Assembly: GCA_037441965.1 (NCBI GenBank)
Contig: JBBIRD010000003.1
Location: 6,741 to 70,740 of the forward strand
Length of the DNA: 64,000 nucleotides
Direction of reading: 5' to 3'
Origin: Candidatus Moraniibacteriota bacterium
Lineage (GTDB): Bacteria; Patescibacteriota; Minisyncoccia; Moranbacterales; UBA1568
Below the pieces are notes generated by a model. The model searched no databases. It was not told the DNA's origin and saw only the letters and a list, made by a program, of their open reading frames with translations. The position numbers and the translations under genes are program-made. How positions within the stretch are numbered: position 1 is the first letter of the stretch; each line of letters starts with the position of its first letter. Of the stretch, positions 58,457 to 64,000 are shown piece by piece.

Positions 58457-59656
58457 ATGCACAAAGAATATTTGAATAAGAAGAAAGTTCGTTTGATTAG
58501 TCTTGTTTCTTTTTTGATCAGTTTTTTTGATGCTTTTTGGATCTATACGCTTTCAACATATTTTTCGGAATTTGTTCAATCTGACAATGTGGGTATTTTT
58601 TATTTCCTTGCTTTTGTAGGGGTACTGCTTTCTCTTTTTTCTCTTCAATCTATTATTAGGAAAATTGGGCGAGCTCGAATGTTATATTTTTCTTTGGGAC
58701 TTGGCATTCTTTTTTCATCATTATTGACACATTTTCCTCCGTCATGGTTTACGATTTTGCTCGCATTATTGTTTATTATCATCAATAATATCATCTGGGT
58801 ATCTTTGGATATTCTTCTTGAAGGATTTTCTTCTGATGGTATGGCAGGGAGAATCAGAGGACTTCATCTTACTATTGTGAATGCGGGATTTTTGATTGCG
58901 CCGTTTCTTGCGACATACGTACTTCATTCTTATCAGTTTGAGGGAATATTTTTTGTTCTTTCGGTGGGTTATATGATAGCATTTCTCATTTCATTGTTAG
59001 GATTTCGTAATGACAATAATTTATCAAATGAAGGATTGAAACTTTTTCAAACAATAAAAAAGATGTTCAAAGAAGCGAATTTGTTTCGTATTTATTTTGT
59101 TTCTTTTGCAATGGAGTTTTTCTATGCGATGATGATTATTTATACCCCTATACATCTCCTCAATCTTGGATTTTCATGGAATGATATAGGCATCATATTG
59201 ACTATTATGCTTATTCCTTTTGTGCTTTTACAATATCCTCTTGGATTATTGGCTGACAAAAGACTCGGAGAAAAAGAATTGCTCCTCGTGAGTATTATGA
59301 TTGTTATCGTCTCAACAGGATACCTACCATTCATTCATACGCATAGTATTCTCGTTTGGGGTATAGCACTTTTTGTTACTCGTATTGGTATTGCTGGCAT
59401 TGAAGTGTTGCGTGATGCGTATTTTTATAAACAAATTGACGGAGATGATACTGATGTTATTGCTTTTTTTCGTACATCTAGACCAGTTGCAAATATTATC
59501 GGAACTGGAATAGCAACATTCCTTCTTATTTTCTTTCCACTTCAAAGTGTTTTCTTCGCTATTGTTGTGGTGATGATTATCGCTCTCATTTTCGTTATTT
59601 TTCTTGATGATACAAAGGGTGAAGATGAAAAAAATCCTTATGTTAGAGCGATATAG
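58457..59656 (+). CDS. MFS-family transporter
   Basis: 12 predicted TM helices in two six-helix halves; start set at MHKEYL to avoid overlap with upstream gene. Confidence 0.7.
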   Translation: MHKEYLNKKKVRLISLVSFLISFFDAFWIYTLSTYFSEFVQSDNVGIFYFLAFVGVLLSLFSLQSIIRKIGRARMLYFSLGLGILFSSLLTHFPPSWFTILLALLFIIINNIIWVSLDILLEGFSSDGMAGRIRGLHLTIVNAGFLIAPFLATYVLHSYQFEGIFFVLSVGYMIAFLISLLGFRNDNNLSNEGLKLFQTIKKMFKEANLFRIYFVSFAMEFFYAMMIIYTPIHLLNLGFSWNDIGIILTIMLIPFVLLQYPLGLLADKRLGEKELLLVSIMIVIVSTGYLPFIHTHSILVWGIALFVTRIGIAGIEVLRDAYFYKQIDGDDTDVIAFFRTSRPVANIIGTGIATFLLIFFPLQSVFFAIVVVMIIALIFVIFLDDTKGEDEKNPYVRAI

Positions 59657-59717
59657 TTTTTCTTGAAAATGAAAGAAAAAACTGTTAGAATAGGAGAAGA
59701 AAGATAGTTTATACCTT

Positions 59718-60434
59718 TTGTTTTTTATGGCTTATCAAATACATCTTGAACAGTTTGACGGTCCGCTTGATCTTTTGTTATCTCTTATCGAAAAAGAGAA
59801 AATGGATATCACGAGTATTAGTCTGGCAAAAGTGACCGATCAATATATTGGATATTTAAATAGCGAGGAAGTTGTTTCTCTTTCACATCTTTCCTCATTT
59901 CTTTCTATTGCTTCAAGATTGCTTCTTATAAAGTCGAGAGCACTTCTTCCTGTGCTTGAGTTTAGTGATGAAGAAGAAGAGTCGATGGACGATCTTGAAA
60001 TGCGTCTCAAAGAATACAAAAAATTTCGTGAGGTAGCGATGAAACTCAATCTTCTTTTCGGTGCAAAAAAAATGCTCTATTCAAGAGAAAGTTTTTCTGG
60101 TTTGCAAGTTGTATTTTACCCTCCGAAAGATATCACTGCAGAAGATTTACATCAACATTTCTCTCATATTTTAGGTGAGATACCATTGCTTGAAACATTA
60201 CCAGAGAAAGAACTTCAAACTGTTATTACTCTTGAAGAGAAAATTCTTGAACTCCAAAGAACATTAAGTGATCGTGTAGAATCTTCTTTCTCTCAAATGA
60301 TTCGTGAAGGAGCAGATCGTACCGATATTATTGTATCGTTTCTTGCTATTTTGGAGATGGTCAAACAACGATTTATTTTTGTAAAACAAGAGAAATTTTT
60401 TAGTGACATTCATATCAATCGCCTTATATCATAA
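59718..60434 (+). CDS. scpA: segregation and condensation protein A
   Basis: N-terminal FDGPLDLLLSLIEKEKMDITSISLAKVTDQY typical of ScpA; followed by scpB. Confidence 0.8.
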   Translation: MFFMAYQIHLEQFDGPLDLLLSLIEKEKMDITSISLAKVTDQYIGYLNSEEVVSLSHLSSFLSIASRLLLIKSRALLPVLEFSDEEEESMDDLEMRLKEYKKFREVAMKLNLLFGAKKMLYSRESFSGLQVVFYPPKDITAEDLHQHFSHILGEIPLLETLPEKELQTVITLEEKILELQRTLSDRVESSFSQMIREGADRTDIIVSFLAILEMVKQRFIFVKQEKFFSDIHINRLIS

Positions 60435-60439
60435 TTTTT

Positions 60440-61045
60440 ATGCCAACACATCAATCATTATTCTCTGTTTTAGAATCATTACTCTTTATTAGTGGTGAAT
60501 CTTTATCTTTCGTTCGTCTATCGAAGATAATTGGACACAGTGAAGAGGAAATTGAATTAGCACTGAACGAGCTTTCAGAAAAATATTTACAAGATGAGAC
60601 TTCTGGATTGAAGATTGTTTTGCACAATCGCCAAGCGCTTCTCACGACGAAAGCAGAAAATATGGAGAAGGTGGAATTCTTAACAAAGAGTTCTATGCAA
60701 GAAAGTTTGAGCAAGGCAGGGCTGGAAGTACTTTCTATTATTGCGTATCGCGCTCCTATATCTAAATCAGCTATCGAAGCTATTCGTGGCGTGAATTGCA
60801 ATTTTACACTGCGTAATTTGCTTCTTAGAGATCTTATCGAGAGACAGGAAAATCCTACTGATGCGCGTGAATATGTTTATTCTCCAACATTCCGTTTCCT
60901 TCAATCATTAGGATTAGAAAACATACAGAGTCTTCCAGATTATGCTGTTTTATCAGTAGACGAACGATTGAAAATGTTTGATGAATCGTCAAAAACAGTG
61001 TCGGAAAATGAGGAGAGAGAAAATAAGAAAGAAATAAAAGAGTAA
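60440..61045 (+). CDS. scpB: segregation and condensation protein B
   Basis: Winged-helix tandem pattern (LESLLFISGESL...), operon position after scpA. Confidence 0.75.
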   Translation: MPTHQSLFSVLESLLFISGESLSFVRLSKIIGHSEEEIELALNELSEKYLQDETSGLKIVLHNRQALLTTKAENMEKVEFLTKSSMQESLSKAGLEVLSIIAYRAPISKSAIEAIRGVNCNFTLRNLLLRDLIERQENPTDAREYVYSPTFRFLQSLGLENIQSLPDYAVLSVDERLKMFDESSKTVSENEERENKKEIKE

Positions 61046-61052
61046 ATTTTTT

Positions 61053-62078
61053 ATGCATAAGTTGTTTGTTTTCATCACTGCTGTTGGTATTGTTTCATAC
61101 CTTCTTTTTTCTGATGGAAGTTATTTTTCTGCTCACGGAGAAAATATATTAAACATTTTTACTTCGGATAATAGTCGTTTCAAAACAAAAAATCCAATTG
61201 ATAGTATCAATCCGTACCCTTTTATTTATGAGGATAGAAGTTTGACGAGTGGTTTTATTCCAGAAAAGAAATTATATGCTCCAAATTTGAATATCGTTTC
61301 TGCGCACGCTTCTATCATTATGGATGTTGATTCTGGTCAAGTATTGTATGAGAAAAATGCGAATATGGAAAGGCAAATTGCGTCTTTGACAAAATTATTT
61401 ACAGCCACTTTGGTTATGGAACGAGTAAAAGATCTTAATGAACTTGTGACTATTGATGAAGAGTCAGTATATTCTGAAGGAACTCGTATTGGTTGCCCAC
61501 GCTCTGGATTTTGTCCAGGGGAGCGTCTGCATATTGGCGAGAAGATATCCGTTTACAATCTTTTGAAAGCAGCATTGATGAATAGCGCGAATGATTCGGC
61601 GGTAGCTCTTGGGAAATATATCGGTGGAACGCAGGCTGGCTTTGCCAATATAATGAATGCTCGTGCGAAAGAACTTGGTTTGGAGCATTCACATTTTTGC
61701 ACGCCATCGGGACTTGAGCCAGATGGATATGAAACAGAATGTTATTCGTCAGCGATTGATGTCGCAAAAATTACCGCACATTCATTGAAGTTTCCAGAAA
61801 TGTGGCAAATTATGCGCGAAGAAAAACAATTTATTTCTTCCTCTGATGAAAAATACACACATGAAATTTTCAATACAGATCAGTTGCTTGGACAGATTCC
61901 AAATCTCCTTGGGACAAAAACAGGATTCACTCCTTTGGCAGGATATTCACTCCTTGCGGTAGCTTCTGATGAGAGTCAGAAACATAAAGTAATTGCAGTG
62001 CTTCTCGATGATCCATATCGTTGGCAAAGTATTCAATCGATGTTTGATTGGAGTTTCTCAGCTATTCGTTGGAGATAA
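61053..62078 (+). CDS. dacA: D-alanyl-D-alanine carboxypeptidase (peptidase S11, PBP5-like)
   Basis: SxxK (ASLTKLF), SxN (SANDS), KTG (GTKTGFT) motifs; N-terminal signal/TM. Confidence 0.8.
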   Translation: MHKLFVFITAVGIVSYLLFSDGSYFSAHGENILNIFTSDNSRFKTKNPIDSINPYPFIYEDRSLTSGFIPEKKLYAPNLNIVSAHASIIMDVDSGQVLYEKNANMERQIASLTKLFTATLVMERVKDLNELVTIDEESVYSEGTRIGCPRSGFCPGERLHIGEKISVYNLLKAALMNSANDSAVALGKYIGGTQAGFANIMNARAKELGLEHSHFCTPSGLEPDGYETECYSSAIDVAKITAHSLKFPEMWQIMREEKQFISSSDEKYTHEIFNTDQLLGQIPNLLGTKTGFTPLAGYSLLAVASDESQKHKVIAVLLDDPYRWQSIQSMFDWSFSAIRWR

Positions 62079-62098
62079 TTTATATGTAATATTTTATT

Positions 62099-63214
62099 AT
62101 GGATATACAAATTGCACAGGTACAAGATATTCCGATGATTATCAATGCATTGAAAGTGCTCACAACAGGACTGCTTGCTTTTCTTCTTGCTTTTTTTCTC
62201 ACACCTTTATGGACACATATTCTTTATGTCTATAAGATTGGTATCAAAATAAAGAAGAATGCTGTTGATGGAGAGAAACTGACTTTTGTAAGTAAGATGC
62301 ATGCGAAGAAACAAGGCACTCCAACGATGGGAGGGGTACTTGTCTGGTTTTCTGTTTTTCTTTTAGCATTCTTTTCTCATTTTATTTTTCCTTTTATTGC
62401 AGTGATCTTCGGTATGGATTTTATTGCTCGTCTTGATTTTTTGAGTCGTCCACAGGTATGGCTTCCTTTATTTGTCTTGGTAACTTCTGGGATATTAGGC
62501 CTTTTTGATGATTATATGAGTGTGCGCGGACGAGGAACAAATAAGGGTGGAGGAATGCGCTTCCTCTTTCGTTTTTGGTGGCTTTTTGCTATTGCTGGAA
62601 CGGGTGCGTGGTGGTTTTATTCAAAACTTGGTTGGGATCAAATTCATATTCCTGCTGTAGGTGATTTTTCTATCGGACTCTGGTATATCCCTTTATTTAT
62701 TTTTATTATTCTTTTTTCAGCAATTTCTTCGAATGAAACTGATGGGCTTGATGGTTTGAATGGAGGCGTGCTTTTGATTGCTTTTAGTTCTTTTGCATTG
62801 ATTGCATTTTTGCAAAACAAATTGGATTTGGCTTCGTTCTGTGCAGCACTTGCTGGATCTCTTCTGGCTTTTCTATGGTTTAATATTTATCCAGCTCGTT
62901 TTTTTATGGGAGATACAGGAGCTGTGGCACTTGGTACAACGCTTGGTGTTGTGGCGATGCTTACCAATTCTTCTCTTGTACTTTTCCTCATTGTTTTCTT
63001 ATATGTGCTAGAATCAGGCAGTGTCGTTATTCAACTTCTCAGTAAAAAATATCGTGGGAAGAAAGTGTTTTTATCTGCACCGCTTCATCATCATTTCGAA
63101 GCAATCGGTTGGGAGGAACCAAAGATTGTGATGCGGGCATGGATTTTTTCAGCTGTCTTTGCACTTATTGGACTTATTATTGGTATAGTGGGAATGGGAA
63201 AAATACATTTATAA
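62099..63214 (+). CDS. mraY: phospho-N-acetylmuramoyl-pentapeptide transferase
   Basis: 10-TM protein with NETDGLDGL and FFMGDTGAVALG motifs and HHHFE. Confidence 0.95.
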   Translation: MDIQIAQVQDIPMIINALKVLTTGLLAFLLAFFLTPLWTHILYVYKIGIKIKKNAVDGEKLTFVSKMHAKKQGTPTMGGVLVWFSVFLLAFFSHFIFPFIAVIFGMDFIARLDFLSRPQVWLPLFVLVTSGILGLFDDYMSVRGRGTNKGGGMRFLFRFWWLFAIAGTGAWWFYSKLGWDQIHIPAVGDFSIGLWYIPLFIFIILFSAISSNETDGLDGLNGGVLLIAFSSFALIAFLQNKLDLASFCAALAGSLLAFLWFNIYPARFFMGDTGAVALGTTLGVVAMLTNSSLVLFLIVFLYVLESGSVVIQLLSKKYRGKKVFLSAPLHHHFEAIGWEEPKIVMRAWIFSAVFALIGLIIGIVGMGKIHL

Positions 63215-63232
63215 TTTTTTGAGAGAAAATAT

Positions 63233-64000
63233 ATGTCACTAAAAAGTATTAGAGAAGCAAATTTTGAAAATGCATCGGTGCTTGTAAGAGTAGATTTCAA
63301 TGTTGAATTTAACAATATCGGAGAAGTACAGGAACATTTTCGTTTTGATATTGTCAAAAAGACCATTGATCTCATAGCAAGTTTTCCTGGTGTGAAAATA
63401 GCATTGATGACACATCTCGGTCGTCCAGATGGAAAAGATGAAGCGTATTCTGTTCAGAAACTTATTTCTTCAGTGAAACAGGCTTTAGGACGAGATATTG
63501 TTTTTGTTCCTGATTGTATTGGCGAATCTGTTGCTATGGCACTTGCAAATATGCAGGAAAATCAGATTCTTCTTCTCGAAAATGTACGATTTTATGCTGA
63601 AGAAGAATCGAATGATATAGAGTTTGCTCAAAAACTTGCTCATCCATTTGATTGTTTTGTGAATGAAGCGTTCAGTGCATGTCATCGTGCTCATGCTTCG
63701 GTTGTTGGTGTTACAGAGTTTATTCCGGCGTATGCAGGACTGAGGTTACTTGAAGAAATAACGACACTTGATCGTATTATGACGGTTCCTGAACATCCGG
63801 CTATTGCAGTGATCGGTGGTGCAAAAATTGAGACAAAATTGCCACTTATTCAGGCATTTGAAAAGAATTTTGATGCTGTTTTGGTTGGAGGGAAGATAGC
63901 CAATGAAGCTATTGATCAAAAAATTTCTTTTTCAGAGAAGGTGTTATTGCCAAAAGATTTTGAGTCTTCAATGCGATTGGATATTGGACCAACAACTATT
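63233..64000 (+). CDS. pgk: phosphoglycerate kinase, 3' end truncated by window end
   Basis: N-terminal VLVRVDFNV, MTHLGRPDGK motifs; frame open to window edge. Confidence 0.9.
   Translation, partial: MSLKSIREANFENASVLVRVDFNVEFNNIGEVQEHFRFDIVKKTIDLIASFPGVKIALMTHLGRPDGKDEAYSVQKLISSVKQALGRDIVFVPDCIGESVAMALANMQENQILLLENVRFYAEEESNDIEFAQKLAHPFDCFVNEAFSACHRAHASVVGVTEFIPAYAGLRLLEEITTLDRIMTVPEHPAIAVIGGAKIETKLPLIQAFEKNFDAVLVGGKIANEAIDQKISFSEKVLLPKDFESSMRLDIGPTTI

Overview
This window is AT-rich and densely coded, almost all on the + strand. It looks like a small-genome bacterium of the Patescibacteria (Candidate Phyla Radiation) type. This is an inference from short archaeal-type ProRS and AspRS, a minimal gene set, many small membrane and secreted proteins, and compact intergenic regions. 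The recognisable backbone, in order, is: a partial dcw block (ftsW-murG-murC-murB), hpf, secA, tRNA-Ala, queA, a Na+/H+ antiporter, tRNA-Gln and dnaX (- strand), a GtrA-like protein, a HerA/TraG-like ATPase pair, ftsB/divIC, a parvulin, two HtrA-family proteins, proS, pyrH, ispH, glycosyltransferases, lepA, trxA, yjbQ, mltG, an envelope polysaccharide glycosyltransferase cluster, a homospermidine-synthase-like dehydrogenase, two tandem SET-domain proteins, a multi-TM sensor kinase, a nucleoside phosphorylase (-), a double-REC response regulator, an ABC exporter, aspS, a LuxI-like N-acyltransferase (-), rplI, pyrG, rpmA (-), an MFS transporter, scpA/scpB, dacA, mraY and a partial pgk. Two tRNAs were found by eye, tRNA-Ala(CGC) and tRNA-Gln(UUG). 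No rRNA, CRISPR array or recognisable transposase or integrase was seen. The stretches worth a second look are: (1) tandem SET-domain methyltransferases beside a sensor kinase; (2) a compositionally odd ~400 bp non-coding region that carries an unannotated Cys-rich 47-aa ORF with a strong RBS, between a phosphorylase and a kinase/regulator/ABC-exporter set; (3) a membrane-anchored LuxI/autoinducer-synthase-like protein; (4) a tRNA-Ala-adjacent islet of hypothetical genes that includes an HExxH metallopeptidase-like protein; (5) a HerA/TraG-like ATPase with a C-terminal zinc ribbon, paired with a membrane protein.
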